Assembly (NCBI GenBank): GCA_038078715.1
Contig: JBBTSU010000005.1
Span: 3,048-67,047, forward strand
Direction of reading: 5' to 3'
Origin: Patescibacteria group bacterium
GTDB lineage: Bacteria; Patescibacteriota; Minisyncoccia; Phycocordibacterales; Phycocordibacteraceae
DNA: 64,000 nt
This document shows positions 9,152 to 18,807 of this stretch, piece by piece. Under the pieces are notes generated by a model that saw only the letters and a list, made by a program, of their open reading frames with translations, made no database searches and was not told the DNA's origin. Numbering within the stretch: position 1 is the first letter of the stretch; the number at the start of each line of letters is the position of its first letter. The position numbers were made by a program, and so were the translations under genes.

Positions 9152-9421
9152 ATGGAAGAGCGCATACAGAGACTTGAACAGGAGGTTTCAGCGATACGAG
9201 AGCGCAATGCACGCGTAGAAGCAGATAAGGCGTGGGAGGTCAGTCTTACACGAGCCGTAAGTATAATTGTGGTGACCTACGTGGTTGCCACACTTGCACT
9301 CTACGGCATAGGGGACGGACGTCCTTGGATAAGTGCACTTATTCCTACGCTTGGATTCTTCCTTTCTATTCAGTCGCTTCCGTTTATTAAACGTTGGTGG
9401 CTTACAAGGAAAGATAGATAA
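9152..9421 (+). CDS. Small hypothetical protein (coiled coil plus 2 TM)
   Basis: Starts 2 nt after grpE. ERNARVEADKAWE is followed by two hydrophobic segments. Confidence 0.75.
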   Translation: MEERIQRLEQEVSAIRERNARVEADKAWEVSLTRAVSIIVVTYVVATLALYGIGDGRPWISALIPTLGFFLSIQSLPFIKRWWLTRKDR

Positions 9422-9423
9422 CG

Positions 9424-9446
9424 AAAAACGCCCCCGAAGGGGCGTT
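9424..9446. terminator. Terminator hairpin between convergent genes
   Basis: AAAAACGCCCC-cgaa-GGGGCGTT, with the U-tract on the minus strand after the cold-shock gene. Confidence 0.75.
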
Positions 9447-9460
9447 CATTCGTTTTGGAG

Positions 9461-9664
9461 TTAGGCTACCAAGCGGACGTTAATCGCGCGAGGGCCCTTC
9501 TCTGCCTGTTCAACTTCAAACGACACTGCGTCGCCGACCTTTAGGTCGTCAAAAGCTACGTCTACCAAGCCCTGTGAGTGGAAGAAGAGATCCTTCTCCG
9601 CACCTTCGTACTTGATGAAACCGAAGCCCTTGTCAGTCAAACCGGCGATAGTTCCAGTCTGCAT
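9461..9664 (-). CDS. Cold-shock domain protein
   Basis: RNP1 KGFGFI, RNP2 LFFH, KGPRAINV. Likely start is MQTG at 9664. Confidence 0.95.
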   Translation of the reverse strand: MQTGTIAGLTDKGFGFIKYEGAEKDLFFHSQGLVDVAFDDLKVGDAVSFEVEQAEKGPRAINVRLVA

Positions 9665-9801
9665 GTAAGGTATCTGCAATTGCACCTGATAAAGATCAAG
9701 TACAGTAGGCTGAACAAGGAGACTTCGACTGACCCTCGGCCCCAGCGCTGCGATTGATAAGGAAACAGTATCATGAAAAAGCAAGAAATGCGAGGGGAGA
9801 C

Positions 9802-9830
9802 TTGAACCCAAAAATAGACGGGTGTAAACT
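9802..9830 (+). promoter_or_regulatory. Putative dnaK promoter
   Basis: TTGAAC, 17 bp spacer, TAAACT. Confidence 0.5.
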
Positions 9831-9894
9831 GAGTAGATAAGGGCAGAAAAAGGGGTTCACCTTTTATTAACGTCTAATCATCTATAGAGCGTAT

Positions 9895-11775
9895 ATGGCA
9901 AAGATACTCGGTATCGATCTTGGAACGACCAACTCGGCTATGGCCATCATGGAGGGTGGCGAGCCACGTGTATTAGAGAACGCAGAAGGAGGCCGCACGA
10001 CACCATCCGTGGTAGCAATCGCGAAGAACGGAGAGCGCCTCGTCGGCACGCTTGCAAAGCGCCAAGCCATCACGAACCCAAAGAATACCGTCTACGGCAT
10101 CAAGCGCTTCATGGGCCACCGCTTTGAAGATGAGGTGGTACAGAAGGATAAGGGCATTGTGCCGTACGAGATTAAGTCAGGAGACGGAGGTGGTGTGACG
10201 GTACGTTTGGGTGATAAGGATTATCGTCCAGAAGAGATTTCCGCAATGATTCTCTCTAAGCTTAAGGCAGACGCAGAAGCAAAGCTTGGTGAGAAGATCA
10301 CTGAAGCCATCATTACCGTTCCTGCATACTTTGACGATTCCCAGCGTGCCGCGACCAAGGCTGCCGGACAGATCGCTGGCCTTGAGGTGAAGCGCATCAT
10401 TAACGAGCCAACGGCCGCAGCTCTTGCCTATGGCTTCACGAAGAAGAAGGACCAGCAGATTGCCGTCTTTGACTTCGGAGGAGGTACCTTTGACGTTTCT
10501 ATTCTTGAAGTAGGAGATGACGTGATTGAAGTGAAGTCTACCGATGGTGACTCACACATGGGAGGTCGCGACATTGACCAGAAGATTGTGCGCTATCTTG
10601 CCGATGAGTTTAAGAAACAGACTGGTATTGATGTAACCAAGGACCCTCTTGCACTCCAGCGCCTTGATGAGGCCGCAGAGAAGGCAAAGGTAGAGCTCTC
10701 GTCAGCCAATGAGACGGAGGCAAACATTCCGTTTATCACCGTAGATGGGGAAGGAACGCCACAGCACCTGCTCGTGAAGATCTCTCGCGCAACACTTGAA
10801 TCTCTTGCCGAGGAATACATCACTCGTTCTATTGATATTACGAAGCGAGCACTTGAGGCCGCAGGCATGAAGGCAGGAGATGTTGAGGAAGTGATTCTTG
10901 TTGGTGGTCAGACCCGCATGCCGAAGATTCAGGAAGAAGTGAAGAAGCTGTTTGGAAGAGATCCACATCGTGATGTGAACCCTGATGAGGTGGTAGCGAT
11001 TGGTGCAGCGGTCCAGGCCGGTATATTCCAAGGAGATGTGAAGGATATTCTTCTCGTGGATGTGATCCCACTCTCTCTTTCTATTGAGACCATGGGAGGG
11101 GTCGCCACCAAGCTTGTGGAGCGTAACACCGCAGTCCCAACTACTCGCTCACAGACCTTCTCTACCGCTTCAGATAACCAGCCATCAGTAGAGATTCATG
11201 TGGTGCAGGGTGAGCGCGCGATGGCGGGAGACAACAAGTCGCTTGGACGATTTAACCTTGATGGTATTCCGCCCGCACCACGCGGTATGCCGCAGGTGGA
11301 AGTTACCTTTGATGTGGACTCTAACGGTATCCTTACCGTGAAGGCGAAGGAGAAGACCACAGGCAAGGAGCAGTCTATCCGCATTGAAGGCTCTACCGGT
11401 CTTTCTAAGGAAGACATAGATAAGATGCAGAAGGATGCAGAGATGCATGCGGCAGAAGATGCAAAGCGTAAGGAAACGGTAGAGGTGAAGAACCTTGCTG
11501 AGCAGATGATCTATGCGGCTGAGAAAGCAGTGAAAGAGAACGGGGAGAAGGCAGGGGCAGATGTCGTTGCCGATGTGAACGAGAAGATTGAAGCACTTCG
11601 CAAGGTAAAGGATGGGGAAGATGCAGGTGCAATTAAGACCGCTTCTGAAGCATTGTCTACTTCTATGCAGAAGATTGGGGAAGCGATGATGAAGGAACAG
11701 CAGGCAGGAGCTGAGCCTCCTCCACCAGAAGCGGGAGCAACGGATGCAGAGTTCACCGAGAAGCCGAAAGAATAA
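9895..11775 (+). CDS. dnaK: Chaperone DnaK
   Basis: [25 protein letters not shown]. Confidence 0.99.
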   Translation: MAKILGIDLGTTNSAMAIMEGGEPRVLENAEGGRTTPSVVAIAKNGERLVGTLAKRQAITNPKNTVYGIKRFMGHRFEDEVVQKDKGIVPYEIKSGDGGGVTVRLGDKDYRPEEISAMILSKLKADAEAKLGEKITEAIITVPAYFDDSQRAATKAAGQIAGLEVKRIINEPTAAALAYGFTKKKDQQIAVFDFGGGTFDVSILEVGDDVIEVKSTDGDSHMGGRDIDQKIVRYLADEFKKQTGIDVTKDPLALQRLDEAAEKAKVELSSANETEANIPFITVDGEGTPQHLLVKISRATLESLAEEYITRSIDITKRALEAAGMKAGDVEEVILVGGQTRMPKIQEEVKKLFGRDPHRDVNPDEVVAIGAAVQAGIFQGDVKDILLVDVIPLSLSIETMGGVATKLVERNTAVPTTRSQTFSTASDNQPSVEIHVVQGERAMAGDNKSLGRFNLDGIPPAPRGMPQVEVTFDVDSNGILTVKAKEKTTGKEQSIRIEGSTGLSKEDIDKMQKDAEMHAAEDAKRKETVEVKNLAEQMIYAAEKAVKENGEKAGADVVADVNEKIEALRKVKDGEDAGAIKTASEALSTSMQKIGEAMMKEQQAGAEPPPPEAGATDAEFTEKPKE

Positions 11776-11782
11776 GAGAACT

Positions 11783-11811
11783 GAATCCCGCCTTATGCGG
11801 GATTCTTTTTT
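11783..11811 (+). terminator. Intrinsic terminator after dnaK
   Basis: GAATCCCGC-cttat-GCGGGATTC followed by TTTTTT. Confidence 0.85.
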
Positions 11812-11834
11812 CTTTGATATAGTAGCCGCTACTT

Positions 11835-12899
11835 ATGGCAAAGAATTACTACGACGTCCTTGGGGTAGAAAAGAAAGCAACGAAGGAGGATATCAAGAAG
11901 GCCTTCCGTAAGCTTGCGCAGAAACACCATCCTGATAAGGGAGGGGACGAAGCGAAGTTCAAGGAAATCACCGAGGCATACAGCATTCTTTCTGATGAGA
12001 AACGTCGTCGTGAATACGACTCCTATGGTCAGACCTTTGCAGGAGGTGGTCCACAGGGTGACTTTGGTGGTCAGGGCTTTGATTTCTCACAGTTCCAGGG
12101 GTTTGGTGGGGGTGTGGAGTTTGATATCTCTGATCTCTTTGGCGACATCATGGGAGGAGGGGGAGGTCGCCGTGCACGTCGCGGACGAGACATCTCTATT
12201 GATGTAGAGATCTCATTTAAGGAATCAGTCTTTGGCGCAAAGCGTTCAGTCCTTATCACCAAGATTGGAAAGTGTGATACGTGTACTGGCACCGGCGCAA
12301 AGCCAGGCACGGACATGGAGGATTGTAAGACCTGCAATGGTCAGGGTCGTGTGCGTGAGACCCGAAACACCGTCATGGGTCCATTCAGCAGTGTGCGCAC
12401 CTGTTCAGTCTGTGAGGGAGCAGGGAAGGTACCAAAAGAGAAGTGTGCCACCTGTGCAGGACACGGAGTGCTACGTAAAGAAGAGGAGATTAATGTCGCT
12501 ATTCCTGCAGGGGTGGATGGCGGAGAGATGATGCGGATGCCGGGAATGGGAGAAGCGATTAAGAACGGCGCATCCGGAGATCTCTATGTGAAGATTCACG
12601 TGAAGCCACATGCCACCTTCCGTAAAGAGGGATTGAATCTCGTGATGGAGCTGCCAGTGAAGCTCACCGACGCGCTTCTTGGTACCACCGTCTCTATCAC
12701 GACCATTGATGACAAGACACTAGAGGTGAAGGTGCCACAGATGAGTAAGCCCGAAGAGGTTCTTCGTCTCCGCGGAAAGGGTGTGACCATCCAAGGGAAC
12801 TCAGGAGATCTCTTGATTCGCCTTTCAGCGGCACTTCCTAAGAAGCTTTCATCTAAGGCCAAGAAGGCGATTGAGGAGTTAAAGAGTGAGGGGCTGTAG
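11835..12899 (+). CDS. dnaJ: Chaperone DnaJ
   Basis: HPD motif, G/F region, four CxxCxGxG repeats. Confidence 0.98.
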   Translation: MAKNYYDVLGVEKKATKEDIKKAFRKLAQKHHPDKGGDEAKFKEITEAYSILSDEKRRREYDSYGQTFAGGGPQGDFGGQGFDFSQFQGFGGGVEFDISDLFGDIMGGGGGRRARRGRDISIDVEISFKESVFGAKRSVLITKIGKCDTCTGTGAKPGTDMEDCKTCNGQGRVRETRNTVMGPFSSVRTCSVCEGAGKVPKEKCATCAGHGVLRKEEEINVAIPAGVDGGEMMRMPGMGEAIKNGASGDLYVKIHVKPHATFRKEGLNLVMELPVKLTDALLGTTVSITTIDDKTLEVKVPQMSKPEEVLRLRGKGVTIQGNSGDLLIRLSAALPKKLSSKAKKAIEELKSEGL

Positions 12900-12908
12900 C
12901 TTGAAATT

Positions 12909-13550
12909 ATGTACGTTGGAAGAATGGTGGGTGTGGGGAAAACGAAAGAAGGGAGAAACACCGCTATATACAGAATCTCTTCCCGTTCCTTCCCTAATAG
13001 ATCAGCCATTATTGCTGAATCGGGTGATTCAGTTGCGATTTCTTCAAGAGATTCTTCAGGAAGAACAACGAATCCGTTTATAAATTATACGTGCGTTAGA
13101 AAGTTATCGGATTGGTTGGTCATGAGTAATGGCACGCACACCGACATGATTGCCGAACGTCTTGAAGAAGGATACTCGCCACAAGAAGCGTTTACAGAAA
13201 TTTTAAAAGAATTTGGCTACGAACAAGATGAACATAACACTCCTCGTATTGCAGGCATTGTTCCAAGGGAGGGAGACATGGGCTGGCTTGGAGTTGTCAG
13301 AGATGACGGAATGGAAGTAGAGGAAATTGAACTAAAGGAAGGGCAACTACAGTATCTTGCAACGTACGAACACTCTTCAATTCGCCCTGAGCAACGCATT
13401 GTTCTTGAAAGAACGGATACAACAGGAATTGTTGAAGATTTGATCCAGTCCGCAGAAATGAATAGGTTTGAATATCCAGTTACAGCCGTTGCTGGTGTGG
13501 CAACAGATGAGGATTTTGAGCTTAGAACCCATGACCACAGTCCTTCATAG
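12909..13550 (+). CDS. purO: Archaeal-type IMP cyclohydrolase (PurO family)
   Basis: MYVGR..YRISSRSFPNR..NPFINYTC..SNGTHTD..YEQDEHNTPRIAG..YLATYE match PurO signature motifs. Confidence 0.85.
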   Translation: MYVGRMVGVGKTKEGRNTAIYRISSRSFPNRSAIIAESGDSVAISSRDSSGRTTNPFINYTCVRKLSDWLVMSNGTHTDMIAERLEEGYSPQEAFTEILKEFGYEQDEHNTPRIAGIVPREGDMGWLGVVRDDGMEVEEIELKEGQLQYLATYEHSSIRPEQRIVLERTDTTGIVEDLIQSAEMNRFEYPVTAVAGVATDEDFELRTHDHSPS

Positions 13551-13601
13551 AGGCTTTTGAGGTATGGGGTACAATATGCCCATACCTTTTTCAATTGATA
13601 T

Positions 13602-14603
13602 ATGGCACTAGCAACACTACGTCAGGTTCTTGATGAGGCAGCAAAGGGGGTCTATGGGGTCGGCGCATTCAACGTAAACAACATGGAGCAGGTGCAGGCA
13701 ATCATGGAAGCGGCATCTGAGACAAAATCTCCAATTATCCTTCAGGCATCACGCGGTGCACGTAAGTATGCAGGTGATCAGTATCTCTTTGATTTGATGA
13801 CGAGTGCCGCTCGTCAGAATCCTGACATTCCTGTCGTGATTCATCAGGACCATGGAAGTAAGGAGGCCTGTCTTTCTGCGATTGAGCTTGGGTTTACTTC
13901 CGTGATGATGGACGGATCTTTGATGGAGGACAATAAGACACCCAACTCTTTTGAAGCAAACGTAGAGGTCACCAAGGCAGTGGTGGAGATCGCACATGCA
14001 CGCGGCGTTTCAGTAGAAGGTGAGCTCGGCGTGATTGGCGGTATTGAAGACGGACATGGGATGGGAGGTATTGGTGGCATGCTTACCGATCCTGATCAGG
14101 CGGTGGAATTTGTGGAGCGCACGGGAGTAGACGCACTCGCAGTTGCCATTGGTACTTCTCATGGTGCCTATAAGTTTTCCTCTAAGCCTGACCGTGCCGT
14201 ATTGGTAATGGATCGTATTATTGAGATTCATAAGAGACTTCCAAACACACACCTCGTGATGCACGGCTCTTCCTCAATGCCACAGGAGCTCCGTGAGACC
14301 ATAAATCAGTTCGGAGGGAACCTAAAGCCATCCTGGGGTGTCCCAGTAGAGGAGATCCAGCTTGGTATCCAGCACGGTGTTCGTAAGATCAACGTGGATA
14401 CTGATATTCGTCTTGCAATGACGGCTGCTGTTCGTAAGCTTCTTGCAGAGACGCCAGAAGCGTTTGATCCTCGTGATTATCTGAAGGAAGCACGCTCCGC
14501 TGCCAAGGAAATGATCGCGAAGCGCATGCAGGATTTTGGGCAGGCAGGGCACGCAGGAGACTACACTCCAATCTCTTTGTCTGAGATGCAGGGCCGCTAC
14601 TAA
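13602..14603 (+). CDS. fba: Fructose-bisphosphate aldolase class II
   Basis: [36 protein letters not shown]. Confidence 0.97.
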   Translation: MALATLRQVLDEAAKGVYGVGAFNVNNMEQVQAIMEAASETKSPIILQASRGARKYAGDQYLFDLMTSAARQNPDIPVVIHQDHGSKEACLSAIELGFTSVMMDGSLMEDNKTPNSFEANVEVTKAVVEIAHARGVSVEGELGVIGGIEDGHGMGGIGGMLTDPDQAVEFVERTGVDALAVAIGTSHGAYKFSSKPDRAVLVMDRIIEIHKRLPNTHLVMHGSSSMPQELRETINQFGGNLKPSWGVPVEEIQLGIQHGVRKINVDTDIRLAMTAAVRKLLAETPEAFDPRDYLKEARSAAKEMIAKRMQDFGQAGHAGDYTPISLSEMQGRY

Positions 14604-14605
14604 TC

Positions 14606-15136
14606 ATGGATATATCTGTAGACGTACTTGCGCAGAGTCAGCAACTCGCGACCACCATTACCGAGAATGCGTGGTTGTGGACGGGTAACTTCTTGGCGCT
14701 CATCGTTCTTACGGTGATCTTTCTCTTCTTTGCGATGAAGGGAGGGAGGAGCGGGTTGATTTCATTCATACTCGCACTCTACGCAGGTTATGCCATCTAC
14801 GTGGTATTCCCATATACCGATTTCATCGTTGCGATGGGGGGCACGGCACCAGTCAAAGCAATATTGAGCCTAGTCATCTTTGGTGCCGCAACCTTCCTGC
14901 CATTCATCGTCATCCGTCGTCTTACGGGTGGGGGATTTGGCTCGCTCACGTTTATTCCAAACCTGATTCTCTCGTTCCTCGCTGCAGCGTTTTTGTTGGT
15001 GCTTGGGTATCACGTGTTTGATATCAGCAACATCTATCAGTTCTCGCAGCCACTAGATCAGTTGTTTGCGCCTGAAGGGTTCTTCTTTTGGTGGTTTATT
15101 GCACCGCTTATTGGTCTTTTCCTTCTTGCGAGATAA
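14606..15136 (+). CDS. Hypothetical multi-pass membrane protein
   Basis: Four to five hydrophobic segments, directly after fba. Confidence 0.75.
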   Translation: MDISVDVLAQSQQLATTITENAWLWTGNFLALIVLTVIFLFFAMKGGRSGLISFILALYAGYAIYVVFPYTDFIVAMGGTAPVKAILSLVIFGAATFLPFIVIRRLTGGGFGSLTFIPNLILSFLAAAFLLVLGYHVFDISNIYQFSQPLDQLFAPEGFFFWWFIAPLIGLFLLAR

Positions 15137-15138
15137 GT

Positions 15139-15756
15139 ATGTTCGCATCACTTCGTCGCTGGTGGAATAAACACATGACCTTCATTGCCACCGTGGCAGT
15201 GGGGCATGGTGCCAAACAAGTAGAGGAGGTGCTCTTTGATTGGATCCTCTACGGTACCGTCGTTGGGTTTACGACCTATGTATACGGCCCGATCTGGGGA
15301 TCCCTCCTTGGTTTTGCCATCATGGCACCCCTTTCTGCACTCGTGTGCTGGACCTATATCAAACTGTACGATTGGGCAAAGATAGACTGGTTTGGATTTG
15401 AGGCAGTGAAAGGGGTCCGTGAAGAACTTGAAGGAGATGGGTGGTGGAAACGAATGATGCGAAAACTCGTGCGCATGGGGGATGTACCCGCATTCTTTGT
15501 ACTCTCCATCAACAGTGATCCGTTTATGGTGACCGTCTACCTGCGTAAGGGATCAAGTGAGTTCAATGGACTCACCTCACGTGATTGGAAGATATTCTGG
15601 TTAAGTGTGCTCTTCTCTAATGCCTACTGGACCCTCCGCTGGACCGTCATTATTGCTCTCGCCGTTTGGTTGTTTGCATTCTTCCCACCTGAGGTTCAGA
15701 TCTTCTTTTCTACATCCTGGGAGTCTATGACCACCTGGTTTGAGGGACTTTTTTAG
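15139..15756 (+). CDS. Hypothetical membrane protein
   Basis: ATG 2 nt after the previous stop. Trp-rich with several TM segments. Confidence 0.7.
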   Translation: MFASLRRWWNKHMTFIATVAVGHGAKQVEEVLFDWILYGTVVGFTTYVYGPIWGSLLGFAIMAPLSALVCWTYIKLYDWAKIDWFGFEAVKGVREELEGDGWWKRMMRKLVRMGDVPAFFVLSINSDPFMVTVYLRKGSSEFNGLTSRDWKIFWLSVLFSNAYWTLRWTVIIALAVWLFAFFPPEVQIFFSTSWESMTTWFEGLF

Positions 15757-15817
15757 ATCTGGGACTATCCACGGACCCCTCTAAAAACTCAGTAAATTCA
15801 TGGTATATTCAGGGGTA

Positions 15818-16246
15818 ATGGACCGATCGGACAAGCTTTTGCTTTCCCTCGTGTTACTCCTTTTGGTAGTGACGTTTGCCGCGACGGCGTGGCCCTTCTT
15901 GTACGACAAGCAGTATGTATTTTTGGTAGAAGCTGAATGCAATCCTGCCACTGAAACCTGCTTCTACCGTGACTGTAGCAATCCTGACGACTGTCCTCCC
16001 AATGGACTTGAGGAATACAAGACATACACCGTGTCCGCAAACGAATTTGAAATGTGTACTGATAACTCCTGTGCTGCGGAATGTGCAAGCGGGGTAATCT
16101 CCTGTGAAGAAATCGTGTGTGGAGCATCAGAGGAGGATGAGTGTGCGCTGTATGAACCAGAGCCCGAACCACTGATTGAAGAAGAATCTACTGAAGAAAC
16201 GGACGATGGAGAAGTGTTAATTGAGGAAAGACCGTACGTTCTATAG
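15818..16246 (+). CDS. Membrane-anchored or secreted Cys-rich acidic protein
   Basis: N-terminal TM helix, 10 Cys, acidic tail. Start is 15818 (after TGGTATATT) or 15800. Confidence 0.8.
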   Translation: MDRSDKLLLSLVLLLLVVTFAATAWPFLYDKQYVFLVEAECNPATETCFYRDCSNPDDCPPNGLEEYKTYTVSANEFEMCTDNSCAAECASGVISCEEIVCGASEEDECALYEPEPEPLIEEESTEETDDGEVLIEERPYVL

Positions 16247-16264
16247 GAAATAGTTTTCAGTGGT

Positions 16265-17107
16265 ATGCATACAAAGGACCTAGACCCCCATACCATAAAC
16301 ATTGAAGCGTTAGTGCAGGATAGAGAATCCTTTGATCGTTTTGTGTATACTCCACCCGACGAAGCGGTAAAGGAACTTATGCATCGGAGAAATGATGAGA
16401 CACTCCACACAAAAGTAACTACATGGCTTGGAGAGGATGTTCCAGAACCGTTACAGAGAGGACCGCATGGGATTGCATTCCGTCAGCTCACAACCTCTAA
16501 TTATGAGATTCGTCGTTTCTTTAGCATCATTGATTCAATTGAATATATTGAGCCACTTTTTTTTGAATATCTTCAGGACAAATTTACCTCTAACAATGAA
16601 TGGAAACACTCTCTGGGACGACTGTTCTTTTTTGCAGGAAAGGGGAAGAAAGGAGGTTCTCGTATTGATTCGCTTACCATCGTTGATTTCAACAAAGCAA
16701 ACGGAAAAAAATTGAGCGAAGTAGAGACATTGTGGGGGCAGGATCTTGTGTCATTCCACCATGAACTGTTTAAGACGCGGTATCGGGAAGCCGACTCCGC
16801 GTTTTTTGATGCCTCTGACTGGTTCAAGCGCCATGGCCCCACACCGCTCTCCTATTACCGTTCGTTTCTTATGCTGTTTGTGCGTCACGGGATTCTATTT
16901 GAGAACTTCCTTATAGATGAAAAAGAACTTGAGTTCACGCGTGATATATTCCTTCCGGCATTTATTGCGGCCATGGTAGAGACAGGGAAGAAGCCACTTG
17001 TAGTGAATCTTGAACCAACGGAAATTGAAGGAGATCGTTTCTGGATGTGTCATCCGCGCGAAGATCGAGAATTCGTTGAAAATAAACTTATGGCGATGAG
17101 CCAATGA
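16265..17107 (+). CDS. Hypothetical cytoplasmic protein, 280 aa
   Basis: Long globular ORF with no TM segment and no recognised family. Confidence 0.8.
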   Translation: MHTKDLDPHTINIEALVQDRESFDRFVYTPPDEAVKELMHRRNDETLHTKVTTWLGEDVPEPLQRGPHGIAFRQLTTSNYEIRRFFSIIDSIEYIEPLFFEYLQDKFTSNNEWKHSLGRLFFFAGKGKKGGSRIDSLTIVDFNKANGKKLSEVETLWGQDLVSFHHELFKTRYREADSAFFDASDWFKRHGPTPLSYYRSFLMLFVRHGILFENFLIDEKELEFTRDIFLPAFIAAMVETGKKPLVVNLEPTEIEGDRFWMCHPREDREFVENKLMAMSQ

Positions 17108-17119
17108 TATACTTTTCGC

Positions 17120-18763
17120 ATGGACATTAATACCTGTTACGAGACAACGTACTTCTATCACACGATAGCGTACTACTCTCATCTGGTACCGACCGCTATT
17201 GGTCTTTTCCTCAGTATTTACGCATTGATTCGTACAAAGTTTTCACGACTTGCCGTCGTGTTCTTTGCGTTTACGTTTGGGTTCTCCCTCTGGCTCATTG
17301 GTGACCTGATTGTATGGACACAGTCTGACTACAATGTCGTCTACTACTTCTGGTCGTGGCTTGATTTCGTAAATGTGGTGTTCTTTGTGCTCGGCGCGTA
17401 CTTCTTTGGTCTTCTTGCGCGCGGACACGTCTCTGTCTGGGAGAAGGGAATTATGATGCTTCTCACCCTTCCTGCGTTTGCCATTACCGTGACAGGAAAT
17501 TCAGTGGTTGACTTCTACCAACCGGTCTGTGAAGCCGCTAATAATGACTGGCTTACATACTACAAGCTCTTTGCAGAGACTTCCTCTGCCGCACTCATGT
17601 TGGTGTCGTTTGTCCTTGCGTGGAAAGGTTCCGATGTTCGTAAGCGCGTGCAGGTAAGTGTCATCGGTCTTGCGATTCTCATGTTTTACGGCGTCTTTGC
17701 AGGTACCGAGTACATCGCTTCAATGACGGGCGTCTATGAGACGAATCTCTACGGACTCTTCATCCTTCCGCTCTTCCTCATTATCATGACGTTTGCCATT
17801 ACCGATCTTCGTCTCTTCCAGTTTAGATTCGTCGGTACGCAGATCTTGGCGTACATTTTGATCATCATGGTGGGTTCACAGCTACTCTATGTGCAGGACG
17901 CCACCGACCAGACACTCTCCTTGGTGACCTTGGCCATTACGCTCTTCATTGGCCTCATGCTTATTGAGAACGCTAAACGAGAAGCAGAGGCTCGCGTACA
18001 GATTGAAGAACTTGCCGGAACACTTCGTAAGACCAACAGCCAGCTCGACCTGGCAAACGCACACTTGAAGGAATTGGACCAGATGAAGGATGAGTTCCTT
18101 TCTATTGCTTCACACCAGCTTCGCGCACCGATTACGGCAGTGCGTGGCTACGCTGCAAACTTGGCGGACGGCACCTATGGTGTGGTGCCGGAGTACTTCA
18201 AAGAACCAATTGAAACCATCATGGAAGCGACTCGTATGATGGCGACCTCTATTGAAGACTATTTGAACATCTCTCGTATTGAACAGGGTCGCATGAAGTA
18301 TGAAAAGAGTGAGTTTGATCTTGCGCATCTCGTAGAGACCGTCGTGCAGGAACTTGGACCTATTGCGTCTAAGAAAGATCTTACCCTCACCGCCACTCCA
18401 TCTGAGGACGTCATGGTTCGTGCCGACATTGGAAAAATAAAGCAGGTGATCGTGAACATTGTTGACAATGCAATCAAATACACAGAAAAGGGTGGAATCA
18501 AGATCTCGATTGAAAAAGAGAAAGAGAACGCACAAATCGTAGTGACCGACACGGGTGTGGGTATTCCTGTCGATGAGATTGCAGTGCTCTTTGATAAGTT
18601 CACCCGTGCACGTGGCGCAAACAAGATAAACACGACTGGTACAGGTCTTGGGCTGTATGTCGCCAAGCAGTTGGTTGCAGGTCACAGTGGAAAAGTGTGG
18701 GCCGAGTCAGACGGACCAGGGAAGGGATCCCGCTTTATCATAGAATTGCCACGCATAGTATAA
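17120..18763 (+). CDS. Sensor histidine kinase with N-terminal 7TM-type domain
   Basis: Multiple TM helices, H-box ASHQLRAP, N-box NAIKYT, G1 DTGVGI, G2 GTGLGL. Confidence 0.93.
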   Translation: MDINTCYETTYFYHTIAYYSHLVPTAIGLFLSIYALIRTKFSRLAVVFFAFTFGFSLWLIGDLIVWTQSDYNVVYYFWSWLDFVNVVFFVLGAYFFGLLARGHVSVWEKGIMMLLTLPAFAITVTGNSVVDFYQPVCEAANNDWLTYYKLFAETSSAALMLVSFVLAWKGSDVRKRVQVSVIGLAILMFYGVFAGTEYIASMTGVYETNLYGLFILPLFLIIMTFAITDLRLFQFRFVGTQILAYILIIMVGSQLLYVQDATDQTLSLVTLAITLFIGLMLIENAKREAEARVQIEELAGTLRKTNSQLDLANAHLKELDQMKDEFLSIASHQLRAPITAVRGYAANLADGTYGVVPEYFKEPIETIMEATRMMATSIEDYLNISRIEQGRMKYEKSEFDLAHLVETVVQELGPIASKKDLTLTATPSEDVMVRADIGKIKQVIVNIVDNAIKYTEKGGIKISIEKEKENAQIVVTDTGVGIPVDEIAVLFDKFTRARGANKINTTGTGLGLYVAKQLVAGHSGKVWAESDGPGKGSRFIIELPRIV

Positions 18764-18807
18764 TGGGGTGGTCTTATTTACGGAGACTTTATCGTAACGG
18801 TACTCAC

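Noticed and set aside
9665-9811. 116-aa version of the cold-shock ORF
   Set aside because: The extension has no CSD features and is better explained as the long 5' UTR typical of csp genes.
14606-15136. CvpA assignment for the membrane protein after fba
   Set aside because: The resemblance is topological only, with no diagnostic motif, and the gene is not adjacent to purF.
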